A stretch of 64,000 nt of DNA from Laetmonice hystrix. Taxonomy: Eukaryota. The stretch covers positions 32,304,001-32,368,000 of the forward strand of contig OZ249440.1 in assembly GCA_965235115.1 (NCBI GenBank), written 5' to 3'. Positions 12,662-24,600 of this stretch are shown piece by piece. The position numbers were made by a program, and so were the translations under genes. Every line of letters starts with the position of its first letter. The stretch's first letter is position 1. The notes under the pieces are model-generated. The model saw only the letters and a program-made list of their open reading frames with translations, made no database searches and had not been told where the DNA came from.

Positions 12662-14357
12662 GTCTTCCTGGACATTGTACAGCAGTCCCCGTTCAACCGA
12701 ATTTGGCCCCCCCACTTTCAAGGACCTTCCTACGCCCCTGTATTGTTCTTTTCACAATTAGCGAAAAGATAAATCGTAATTTTACACAATGAATAGCTGT
12801 TTTTGAATGACATGTGAACTATTTGTAGTCGCTAGAAGTTCACCTATTGACTGTGTTTCGGACAGTCTAGTCAATCTTAATGATAACAGCGCGACCAGCT
12901 GAGATTTACATGTGGTCGAGGTGATGTCGGAATTTTATAACATTCTGACATCAGAAAGATCTCAATATTTGTTCTCACATAGTGAAGCTATTATGAGATT
13001 GCTGTGAGATCAATGTGTGATCTTACCAGCTGATATTTTTTATGTGATATCAAGGTGATGTCGGAATGTAAAAAGTGTCAAACTTCAAAGTCACGTGGTA
13101 CAGCGAAAAAAGGTCAAATGTCATATTCCATGCGGTTTCAAACAAAGCTCACTACAGAAGGCCTGTCCACCAAAAATTGTCATATTTTCTCAAAAAATGG
13201 CAGAGGAGTAGGGATTTGACCACTTTCGGACATATGACCTACTTTTCCATGACCTCAAAGGTCAAAAGTCAAAATAATGGAGAGTAGTAAAAACAGTGTA
13301 TGCCCGATTATTCAGCTATGAAACGTCTTGGGAAAGTATGAAAGATGGCTTCAAGAAATGCCTATAAGTCTAAAATACAATTTACGTCATGACGTCATGA
13401 TGTGACGTCATATGACGTAATGGTTATATGGATCGATTCTCTCTACCATGGTGAATGTCCCTGCCAACTTTCATTTGGATATCTTCATCAATGACTGGGC
13501 TGCATGCACAAAAGCAACTACTACAACTACTACGGGAATAATACGGAAGACGAAACCATACAATTTTAAGATCCCATCCCCCTATCGGGGGGATGGGATA
13601 ATAACATTTGTACTGCTTACCCAAAGCGTGTATAAGGCTATGGGGTTCCTGTAGAGACGACGACTGCAAGGCTAGCCCTGGCCATGTGCTCCCTATCCGG
13701 CAGTCACTGGCCAGCCCATACAGGTCGGTTGAATATTACACTCGCTGGTAAACGTAGCAGAGTGTAATTGTACGAGTGGTCGTCGGCCAGCCCAGTCGCG
13801 CACTCCCAAGTCGGCAGTGCGCCGACTGACCACCCGTACCGGTAACAAACAGTGCCCTCGCCGGACGACACTATTACCGTGTGCTCCGGCCTGTAACACA
13901 CGGAAGACTGGGCCTGGGGAAACCATACGAGACGGGAACTAAACTCTAATTGTGACAGGGCAACCAGTGAACCGTAAATCGTGTCAATAATCCACTGTCC
14001 ACCACCAGGTGGAGCCACGATATTTTGTTAATGGCGCCAAATCATATTAAGTAGACTCTACCATACACATCCCATAACATGCTCCCTGCAGCCGGAAAAT
14101 GCCGTCCCGGTATTTGTATATTAATTTCAACATTAACCTTTTGTTAACTACCCCGGTACTTGTTATTCCTCCCTAACCTATACATCCTAACTAGTCATCA
14201 CATAATTGCAGTACTTTGGTTGAGATGGTTGACTAAGCACGGATAGTTTGGTTTCTACCACTGCTAACCTCTCTAACACGTTATCCATCTTTTCGTACAG
14301 AGGATTACTCTCGGTTTGAGCATGAGCTCGAGCATACCCATGGGGCTTTAAGCTATA

Positions 14358-15315
14358 CTGGTGTTCTTTGAATGTGACACATTGTGTTTAGGTCTTTCCT
14401 CATTTGTTTAATCAAATAAGACCTTGGGAGACCATTGCATATGACACTAAGTTTATGGTAAAATGCATCTGATACATAGAAATGATCAAGTAGGTACAAA
14501 ATCTGTTTTAAAATATCTGTCTCTGTCTGAGAAATAGGGTGGGTTTCTATCCCATGTTGAGCACCTGATGCATCAGATACACAAATGCTGTCTAATTTCA
14601 AACCATACAAATCTAGAAACCAAAGGGCACATTCAGCCCTGGATTTCACAGTTTTGAGCAACTTCAATTGATACTGCCTACTGACATTTTTGAAATCAGT
14701 CTTTTTCCCCCCATCAAGATGTACTGAAATGCCTGTGACCTTTTCTATGTACGACTGCAAGGCAACATTGGTTTCTAAAAGATTTGTAGCTTCTGCCAGT
14801 TTGTCATCCAATATTTCATGTTGTAGAAGAAGTTCCTTTTGTAGGTCAAGGATTTCTTTTTTTAGGATCACTATTTCATTCTCGAAATCAACAATCCGAT
14901 TCTCAGCTTTTGCCAATTTGGCAGCTAACACATCTTTTTCTGTTTGGACTTCAGCAGTGGTAGTTAAATCTCCTGCGGTTATGTTTAGAGTTAAACACTT
15001 TTTCTGTTTATCATAAAGACTTCTACCCCCTGTTCTTCCCAGCAGTCGTCCTATTTTCGGGCATTCCCTTCTAAGCCTTTCCTGCAACCGGATTGAGCTG
15101 GGATTGAGAGAAAGTTTGTAATTTTGAGAAAGATGATTTCTCAAGATCTTCATGTATCCAGATGTGTCTTGGGGGTTTTCTTTCACCTCCATAGCCCACT
15201 GCCGACACGTCGGATATGGTATCTTAAGGCGAAACACAACATTAGACCCATTTAATTCTCGGTTCTCAAACCTTTTACTGGAACCTGTCTCTAACACAGG
15301 CTTACTGAGAGACAT
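14358..15315 (-). pseudogene. N-terminal part of the same RAG1/Transib-like transposase (coiled coil plus start of core)
   Basis: 320-aa ORF ending LYLLDHFYVSDAFYHKLS..LPRSYLIKQMRKDLN..CHIQRTP, on the same strand as the 552-1473 half. Linkage of the two halves is inferred; the segment with the first catalytic Asp residues appears to be missing. Confidence 0.55.
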
Positions 15316-15494
15316 TTTCTTTCAGACTCTAGTCATACACACTACACGGATGAGAGCCAACTGCATGGCATGAACATGAAAATCTGCACAGCTTTTTTGT
15401 CCTGGGTAGACTCACTGCAGTTTTTTCACAAACACTGTGCCTAAAATACCTCCAAACATATCAGAAATACATGTAAATCAAAAAGTTCAAAGCA

Positions 15495-15890
15495 TCAAAG
15501 AGAAAAAGCATCTGTAGTGCATCGGATCAGTAATTTCTCCATTGGAAACCTTGGCAACAATTTTAGTTCTCCATTCTCGACACAGAAGTTCTCAGGTGAC
15601 CAGGTTAGAAGAGATTTGATCAGTACTGGGAAAACCAAACACCGTCCATATCGATTTCTGTTGACATTATAATTCCATCCTTGTGGTAATCCAAGAGTAC
15701 CTAAGTCATCGTAACTGTATGCTCTGTATCCCTTTATAGTTGCAGGGTTTGGCTTTGTGTCTTTGAATAAGCTCCTTACGACATCCAAGTTAACTATAAC
15801 CTCCACTGGGTTCTTTTCAGGTGCCTGTGTCCTCAAACACTTCTGAAGTCCTAAGAACACTGAACATTTTCCCTGTTCCAGTCGTGCCGG
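15495..15890 (-). CDS. 5'-interrupted ORF of unknown function directly upstream of the RAG1-like gene
   Basis: Open, protein-like 121+ aa frame (LGLPQGWNYNVNRNRYGRCLVFPVLIKSLLTWSP) ending ~180 bp before the transposase ATG and cut at 15891 by a repeat element. Confidence 0.45.
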   Translation of the reverse strand, partial: PARLEQGKCSVFLGLQKCLRTQAPEKNPVEVIVNLDVVRSLFKDTKPNPATIKGYRAYSYDDLGTLGLPQGWNYNVNRNRYGRCLVFPVLIKSLLTWSPENFCVENGELKLLPRFPMEKLLIRCTTDAFSL

Positions 15891-16410
15891 TGTAACGATT
15901 AAAATAAACTATCGTAAAATAAACTACCATAGTTTTTTTTAAACGTTTACAAAAAACTACCGTAGTTTGTTTTAAACGTTAAAAAAAACTACCATAGTTT
16001 ATTTGCAACGATTTGCCATGCTGGAAAAACTACCGTAGTTTATTTTAAATGTTGAAAAAAAACTACCGTAGTTTATTTCAGCCATTTAAAAAAAACTATC
16101 ATCGTTTTAAATAAACTACCATAGTTTAAAAAAAACATTTAAAGAAAACTACCATAGTTTGTTTTAAACGTTTAAAAAAACTACCATAGTTTATTTGTTA
16201 TGATTTGCCATGCTGGAAAAACTACCGTAGTTTATTTTAAATGTTGAAAAAAACTATCGTACTATAGTTCAGCCATTACAAATTTTTTTTATTGTTTTAA
16301 ATAAACTACCATAGATTATCGTTTATAATAGTTGATTTGAAACAAGTCGCTTAAAAATAAACTACCATAGTTTATTTCCAACATAAAAATAACTACAATA
16401 GTTTATTTCT
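15891..16410. mobile_element. One end of a Ginger-like element built from AAACTACC(A/G)TAGTTT palindromic repeats
   Basis: Starts TGTAACG immediately after CCGG, followed by more than a dozen near-palindromic units. The other terminus was not found. Confidence 0.5.
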
Positions 16411-17949
16411 TATGACTTTCCATGCTGAAAAAAAACTCCCATCGTTTAATTTAATGCGTACCCACGTCATCCCCTGTCTACGCGCCTGCGTCCTAAATCC
16501 TCCCCCCCCCCCAAAAAAAAAGATCGTGGTGGTGGCGATTTTGCAGGGTTCCATGGAGGATATTTTCGCTTTTGGGTCATTCCGTGCGGAATCACCTGAA
16601 ATCCAGAAATCTTCCCAGGTGACCATCTCAGATTTTTATGATTTTTTGTTTACAGGTACCTCCATATGTGTGATGAACACATGCAAAATCTTTTGCTCCA
16701 ACTCCCAGTAGTTTTCCAGAAATTAATTTTTAAAATTTGTGTGTCGGTGCAGACTTTATACGTAGAAAGTCATTTTTGTGTTTTTTCCCATTTTCAAAGC
16801 GTTATATCTCAGGACTGGTTGCATGTATCAGGCTGAAATTTGGTATGTGCAAGGTCCCCTACCCACATATTCAGTGCCAATCATCAAAGTTGTGCTAAAT
16901 TGCATTTTTTATTTTTTATAGCTGACTGAAAATGGCATTTTGTTCATATCGGAACACTTTTTTCAAACTTTAGGGGGCTCTACACAAAATGTGTAGTAAG
17001 TGATCATCTTCATATTACACAGCTTACCTCAGTAGATTCCCACCTTGTGTTTAGCCAAAAACAATGCCCATCACAATAATAGTTTTTGAGCTGTAGCTGA
17101 ATGAAAACTGATCATGTGTGAAAAACGTCGAAAAAAGCTTTCCATTCTAGGTCGGATTTCACCATGTAGGCAACTACTCAGACACTTCAAAATTGTTTAA
17201 AAGGTAGAATGTCTATATGACATTTGTCAGTAGAATTCTTTTTATCTAACTCAAAAGGCTTCATGTTTAAAAAAATAAGTTTAGACAGTATTAAACAGAA
17301 TGTAGAAATCCATAATATCTTATTAAAATATATCTAAAATGTATTTAACATAGTTTATGCCTACTAAATATCTACTGAACATACATCTGTTCATAATTAT
17401 AATTAATTCATAATTAAATAATTAAATTAAATAATTAAATAAAATAATTAATTAAATAAATTAATTGAATTAATAAATTAATCTAAAATGGATTTAGCAT
17501 AGTTTATGCCTACTAAATAACTACTGAACATTCATCCGTTCATAATCATAATTAATTCATAATTAAATAATTAACTAATTTAATGAACTAATTTAATGAA
17601 CTAATTTGATTAACTAATTTAATTAAATAAAATAATTAAGTAAATAAATAAACTAAATTAAATAATTAAGTAAATAAATTAATTAAATAAATTTATTTTA
17701 CCATGAAGCCTTGTGAGTTAGTTAAAAAACATGGTGGTGGACTGGTTCCTGCTGGCCCTGCATCACCTTCCTGAAGTGGTCAGTCCTATAGGCCAGGCAA
17801 CGAACTATGTTTGTCAATGTGAGGTTGGACAAAAATGTTAACAAAGGTTTCTCACCTGAAATGGGTAGATCAGACGTACATTACACCACCAAAAAAAAAC
17901 ACCCAAATCCTCCCATGGCAACCTCCCCCCCCCATTTTCTTGATAATAA

Positions 17950-19043
17950 CATAGAACTGTAACAAGGGGAAGGCCGACTCTCGCTTGTGCCGCTTGGGGC
18001 GCTAGTAGTGTCATGTTTTTCGCAGCGCCCCCACCGGTGAGGAGAGACGTAATGTCATTTGCCTTGGCCCAAGCACCTGAAAGTGTAAACATGGGCAATG
18101 GCCTTGTCTATTGTGTCCCTGAATGCACAAATTATATCAAATTAATTTTAGAATCTATAAAAGTATATGGCATCCACATTCACATTCACATCTGTTACTT
18201 AATCTTTTCAAGATTTACGAAAGAAAACTCAGATTATGAGGGTACGAAATTGTAACGTCACAAACTTTGCCGATCCCTGGCGATGACAGTCTTGGATTGA
18301 GAAAGGAGGGACTATGCTAAACAATTCTAAGTCTATGACAGTGTTTGGTTCAATATTTTATCCACTTATATCACGTTTCGACGTTCTTCCTGGTGTATTT
18401 TAGCAGTTAGGGGCGTTTGAACTGCCGAAGCGAAGCACCGTCCGCCATTATTTAGGGCCCGTTATGATCACATTCCATTGTGGCCCATTGTGACGTAGCG
18501 CTATTGTGCATTGTTCCTGACGTCGCTGATTGGGTCTCTCGATCACGGTGTGCGCAGGGCCCGATAAAATCGATTTTTAAAATATCTCAGAGTTTCCCAG
18601 GGCACTTAAACCTTTTCCAAGCCTTTGTTACATTCAGCTCCACTGCCTTTACACTTTATTCAGAATCAAGTTGAAGTTAAAAGCAGTAGAGTCTAGGCCT
18701 AATGTCGCCGTAGACTGCTAGCCTAGCCTTGCACAGTTGCACCGGAGCTAGGCTAGATTCCTCTCGTTCTAGGCTTAAGATCTAGGCCTAGTTGACAGCC
18801 CCGCCTTCAAACGGCGTCATACACAGTCGTCTTTCTTCGACAGGTCTACGATTTTTCTTGGGTTAAATAACTTTAGAGATCTACTGGCGGAAAGCACAGT
18901 GAGTCACAGTGGACGACTCCGTCCATGTTGTGCGCGCTGAATCGTCTCTCCTTACCGGTGGGGGCGCTGCGAAAAATGCCACTGTTTTGGGCGAAACCAT
19001 TGTGACGTCACTAAGTACGCATTCCCCTTGTTACAGTTCTATG
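17950..19043. mobile_element. P/Galileo-like non-autonomous element with a decayed THAP start
   Basis: TIRs CATAGAACTGTAACAAGGGGA, 7-bp TSD ATAATAA, subterminal inverted repeat (18017-18049 / 18943-18976), and MGNGLVYCVPECTNY at 18091. Confidence 0.75.
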
Positions 19044-21688
19044 ATAATAAATAACCACCCTTCTCATGCATTGAGGATATAAGTAACTATGACGTCTCCA
19101 CAATGTGATTCTGACGTCACAGTGGACAACAATACCCTCTGTCCCAATGTAACTATGACGTCACAAGTCCCAGACTAACGTTCTGACGTCACAGGTACCA
19201 GACTAACGTGTTATGAATGCAAAATATCAGAGCAAGAAAATTGGGACATAGAGTGCATGTGCACTTTGATGGGTCCCCAAATAGTTGAACCTAAACATGA
19301 TGGAAGGAAACTCGCAAGGGAATCTCAATCTGCACCACTTCTAGGTCTACAGTACAGCCTACAGGTATTTGTGCCATAAGGCATAACTCAATGACTAGCT
19401 GTCATTGCCGGCTGCGCCTGTGCCGTGGTTATGATTCCTGAAATGTAAACAGACTAGACCTAGATTTAGAAGTCTAACGTTAGGCCGTAGGCCTCTAAAG
19501 TAGAAATGTGAGTGGAATAGGCCTCTAGTAGGCCGTGTAGTAGGCCTAGACTGAGTAGTTAGAGTGTGATACGATGGCTTCGTCCAGCCCGGATGCCATT
19601 TGTCTTCTGTGTGAGGAGAATATAACATTCACTGTGAAAGACTATGCGTGCGTGGGATGCAAAGGTCTTGATACGATCAATGAGTTTACTCTCAAACACA
19701 ATGAACTCAATCCGGAGAACCCCATTCCTATTCATGTATTTGATGAAAATATAAATCAACATGTGCATGAGAGGTGTCGCAAAAAGCATTCAAATACCAG
19801 ACGATACGAACATATGAGTAGGCCTAAACGTAAACATGATGTTATATTTGCCTCAGGCTGCTCAGCCCATGTACTCCGATCTGGTGCCAAATGCAAAGAG
19901 TTTAATTTCCATACTGACTGTTATCTCTGTGGAAAATATGTTGATCAACAGAAGGCTAAAAGATACCCTAGCAATGTCGAATATCAATTCAGTCACGTCA
20001 TGGTTCTCAATGTGAAAGATTATATAACAAAAAGGTGCACAGAACGTCGTGCAAAACAAGCAGATGAGTGGGCTGATGCTGTCTTACATAGAATCACATG
20101 CATTAATGATCTCCCAGCAGAGAAGGCCATTTATCATCGCAGATGCTTCCAATACTTCATGTCTCCCCGAAATCTGAATTTGGATGCATTGTCTATCATC
20201 AAGGATGGAGCGCCACCCAAAAAGCGAGGACGTCCTAGCGGAGCAGTTGATGAAATAAAGCAATCAGCCTTCATGCATGTCATTGAATACCTTGAAAACA
20301 ATGATGATGAGACGATCACTTTGGACGAACTCCATGAAATCATGGAAAGTCAAGCCGGCAGCGGTGAAGTGTACTGCAAAAGATCGCTTCAACGACAACT
20401 CTACGCACACTATGGCAACAGAGTCTGTATCACATCGTCAAAGCAACGTCCACTTGTCGTTACGCTCACCGAGAATGTAGAGCAGATAATTCAGGATGCC
20501 CATACTAATATGACAGACGATTCTGAGGATATAGATGCGCTGATTAAAGTTGTTGGCAACTATATACGACACAAAATTAAGAGTGCCGAAAAGCACAAAG
20601 ATGTGTATCCAGATGCGTCAGATATGAAATCCATAGATCGTAATCTCGCCATCCTGCCTCCTTCCTTGTGCCTGCTTCTAAAAACTATCATTAAAAGCAA
20701 AAATGCAGATCTACAATGTGCATCTATCGGCCAAGCAATCATGAGCGCCACTTGTCCCAGAGCTTTCCTCTCTCCTCTACAAGTCGGTCTGTGCGTCACA
20801 CTCGATCAGAAATATGGTCATCGTGACCTGATCGACCTACTCTTCAACTTCGGCTTCTGCTCATCATATGCAGAGTCGAGTATGTACAAGAAAAATGCAT
20901 CTGTCACACAAGGAGTAGACGTTAGCGAGCTTACAGCAGATGCATTGCTACATTTCATCGCTGACAATGTCGACCGCAATGCAAAGACACTGGATGGTGA
21001 GAATGTCATTCATATGATGGGTCAGATGGATGCTGTCACACCAGCCAGGCCTAGTAAGAAGAAAATTCCAAGAATGAATGTCAGGCTGGAGGACATCCGA
21101 AAAATGGGTCAACATACAATCATATTCCAAAAGGACCCCAAGGCAGTTCTCGCGAATATCAAGTACACCGATGTTCCTGTATTTGCTCAGGACATCCTGA
21201 ACGCCAACCTGGACATCATGTGGCAAGTATCAATGCACGTGTCTCAACCCCGACCTTTATGGTCTGGGTACATGCAATCACTACATACTGGAGTGTCTAA
21301 CCCTGGGAAAAGCATGCAGCTGTTCCTCCCCATGATCGATCTGACACCAAGTAACCCCACTTGTGTCCGCTCAACCCTGGAATACCTGTGCGACATAGCT
21401 GAGCAGCAGGATGTGACTCCTATCATCACCTTCGACCAGCAGCTATATTGGATCGCGCTATTGGTTATTGAGGACCAACCCATTTCTAGTCGTCTGCGGC
21501 ATACTGTACTACTTCTTGGAGGGTTTCACACTGAGATGAGCCTACTGGGTGCGATTGGGTCCATCATGGCTGGTGCTGGCCTCAAAGAGATTCTAACACA
21601 GGTCTATGCTGAGGGATCAGTTGACCAGATGCTGATAGGGAAAGCAGTCGCCCGTGCGGTGGGTGGTCATTTCCTTGTTGACAGTGCT

Positions 21689-24600
21689 TATCGCGGACGA
21701 TTCTTGATTGGAGTTTATCGGGCATGGATCGAGACACAACGCCGACCACTTCTTATAGGTTTCAATATGGCAGCTTCTTCCTCCCGCCTTTTTATTTTAC
21801 TCTCGCGAGATTACACTTTTCTTCCTTTCAGGTCTCCGTACACAATATTTCTTCAATCCGCGACATACTCCCCCGTTGTAGTACATCATACCTGCTGTAC
21901 TACAATACAAGACTTGGGAACTAACTCTGAGACCTGACTTGTGGTTACAATACTTGTGGTAAATCCATACATTACTCTAGTGACTTAGAACTCTGATATG
22001 AGCCACAACTACAATACAAGACTCGGAACTAACTTTGAGACCGGACTCGTGGTTACAAATACAATGGTAAATCCATACATTACTCTAGTGACTTAGAACT
22101 CTGATATTAGCCACAACTTAGTGGGTAAATCGACTATTCACCCCGACTATGTTAACTATGCAACTCATGTGTATATATAATACCTGAGTACTTCTAACTC
22201 AGAAGTCTGCTGACACAGAGCCTACATCTTTACATAACACTACTATTAACCAGATTAAAGATCAAGTCGTTGGATAGGTTTAACTACTCGACCCAAACGA
22301 GTTATCTGTGTGATGGACGGACTGGAGGGCACCGGGGGGCTGTCTCTCCCCCCTGGGCCAACATCGGGTTCAACCTGAGTGGAGGGTTCACTGAGTGTGG
22401 AGGGCTCCCTGTCAACTAGTTCCAGGTCATGCAGCCTCTGGATTGCCCTTACGACTGCACCTTTTTTTGTGTGTAGCTTAACTGCTCTTACAACCCCATC
22501 CTTTCCCGGGAACAATTCCCTGACTACTCCTATCTCCCACCGTACCCTAGGCAACTTACTATTGTCCTCTCTGATGAGGACAACGGACCCCTCTTGGAGT
22601 CCTCCTTTGGTGTTAAATTTTGCAACACAGGTCGGGAGATTCCTTAGATAATCTTTCTTCCACGTAGACCAGAAGTGTTCTAATCTCTTCTGTTTATACG
22701 TTTCTCTTTGTGACAACGTTTCTGGCGAGATGGCATCAATGTCTTCCTGCACTTTGGCATCAAAGCCCGTGACCACCCCTGTCAAGAAATGACTCGGAGT
22801 CAACGGGTTGGTGTAATCCAAGTCATCGCCAACTGCGCACAGAGGTCTAGAGTTGACGCAACATTCAACTTCATGCAGTGTTGTCTCCAACTCACAGCGA
22901 GTCAAGCACCTTGAGCCTAGGGACTTCCTCAGCGCGGCCTTTACCGTTTTAACCAACCGCTCCCACCAACCGCCCCACCATGGCGCCCTGGGGACGATCC
23001 ATTTCCATTCTGGAGCCAAGTGGCCAAAGTAGGTCTGCAACTGAACTGAGGCTGCAACAAAGGTCTTAGCATTATCCGAGTAAAGGACTGCAGGTAGCTT
23101 TCTTCGTGAGGCAAATCTTCGTAGGGCAAGCATAAAGTCTGTTGCCGCTAGAGAGTCTGTCAACTCTAGGTGCACCGCCCTGGTGACAGCACATGTAAAC
23201 AAGCAAATATAAAATTTCCTGCCATGTGTGTCCGCACAAAATAGCGGACCAGCAAAGTCCACTCCCGTAACAGTAAAGGGGGGGCCTCTGAAACTCTTAG
23301 CCTGGGCAGAGGAGCCGCAGGCTCATTGCACGGCTGTGCATCTTGTCTTTGGCAAGCGAAGCACTCTCTCTTTATGGTCTTGGCCATTCTACGTAGGCCT
23401 ATGATCCAGTAGTTGGACCTCAATGAAGTCAACATGGACTCCACCCCGCCGTGCTTCAACAACAGGTGTTGATACCTGATTATCAGTTTCGCTGTATGCC
23501 CCTTAGGCAATATCAAGGGGTGCTTCTCTTCGTAGGCTAGGTCAGACAGCTGTAGTCTTCCCTTGACCCTCATCATACCCTCCTGATCGACGAATGGGTT
23601 CAACTTCCTGAGAGAGGAGCCCTTAGGCAATGGCTTGCCTAATTTTAAGCAGGCCAACTCTGAGGCAAATGCCTGTTTCTGGGTATAGCCCAAGACTACT
23701 GCCTTAGCTTGAGACAACTCGTCGAAAGACAAGTCTCCTGACTGTTTTTCATGTGATCGGGCATTATTAACGAACCGCCGGATCAAGCCTACAATACGTA
23801 GGACCTTAGAGAGCGAGCTCCAACGCTCTATCTCCAAACATGGCCTGTCCGCCTCTACAGCTGTGTTCTGTAGCACTAACCGCTCCGTGTCACTAGACTC
23901 AGACTCTGCGGAATCCGCTTGACCTACATATGGGCTCACACGCTCGAAGTCGCATAACCATGCTGGCCCATGTAGCCACAACTCAGAATCTACCAGGGAT
24001 TCTGCTGTTATACCTCTAGTAACGAGATCTGCCGGGTTGTGTGTGCCCTGGACATGGTTCCATGAGGCAGGGTCCGTAAGGCCCTGTATCTCTGTGACGC
24101 GATTAGCAACAAATTGCTTCCACCTCCTCGCGTCACTTTGCACCCATGATAGTGCAACTGTGGAATCAGTCCAACAGATGTATGGAACCGACTGATCTAA
24201 CACCAATGTCTTCTTGACAAACTGCACCAGTCTGGCAGCCAGGAGGCATGCCATCAACTCCAACCTCGGCAAGGTCAATTTTTTCAAGGGGGCTACTCTG
24301 GCCTTGGAGGTGACGAGGTTCGAAGTAAATGAACCATCAGCTAAGCGGACCGTCAAGTACACTACGGCTCCGTACCCCTTGTTTGAGGCATCAGCAAATA
24401 CATGCAGATGGACGTCTGATTTACAGACAGTCCCCCATGGACAGTCAACATACTGTCGTGGGATCCGTACCTGTCTCAGTAACTTGAGACCCTGGACCCA
24501 TCGGTTGAACCGAGCTGAATGCTCTGTAGGCAACTCAGCATCCCATTCAATTCCAAGTGCCCATAACTCCTGGAACAAACACTTCGCCTTTAATGGCAAA

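Larger units (their letters stand above)
7410..12740 (+). mobile_element. Full-length hAT DNA transposon
   Basis: TIRs CAGGGGCGTAGGAA / TTCCTACGCCCCTG, flanking 5-bp duplication TATTG, and an internal hAT transposase. Confidence 0.9.
6961..13067. mobile_element. Second, terminally truncated copy of the CACTA-like element, split by the hAT
   Basis: 6961-7409 matches ~3509-3940, and 12741-13067 matches ~3940-4126 plus 5238-5375. Confidence 0.75.
1752..13603. mobile_element. Helentron/HINE-type non-autonomous rolling-circle element, heavily invaded by other TEs
   Basis: Subterminal ATCCCATCCCC (~1788) matches the terminal hairpin ATCCCATCCCCC-TATC-GGGGGATGGGAT (~13570-13599). Internal repeated blocks with TGACCT/AGGTCA and TGACGTCA motifs (1834-2330 ~ 6476-6960; 6083-6475 ~ 13070-13465). 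No TSD. Confidence 0.5.

Noticed and set aside
16571..17720. Possible left terminus of Academ-1 (GGGTCATTCC...)
   Set aside because: No matching right TIR found in the window, so the boundary is unsupported.
21689..21937. C-terminal ~80 aa of the 787-aa ORF
   Set aside because: Read-through into the BEL LTR; not part of the transposase.
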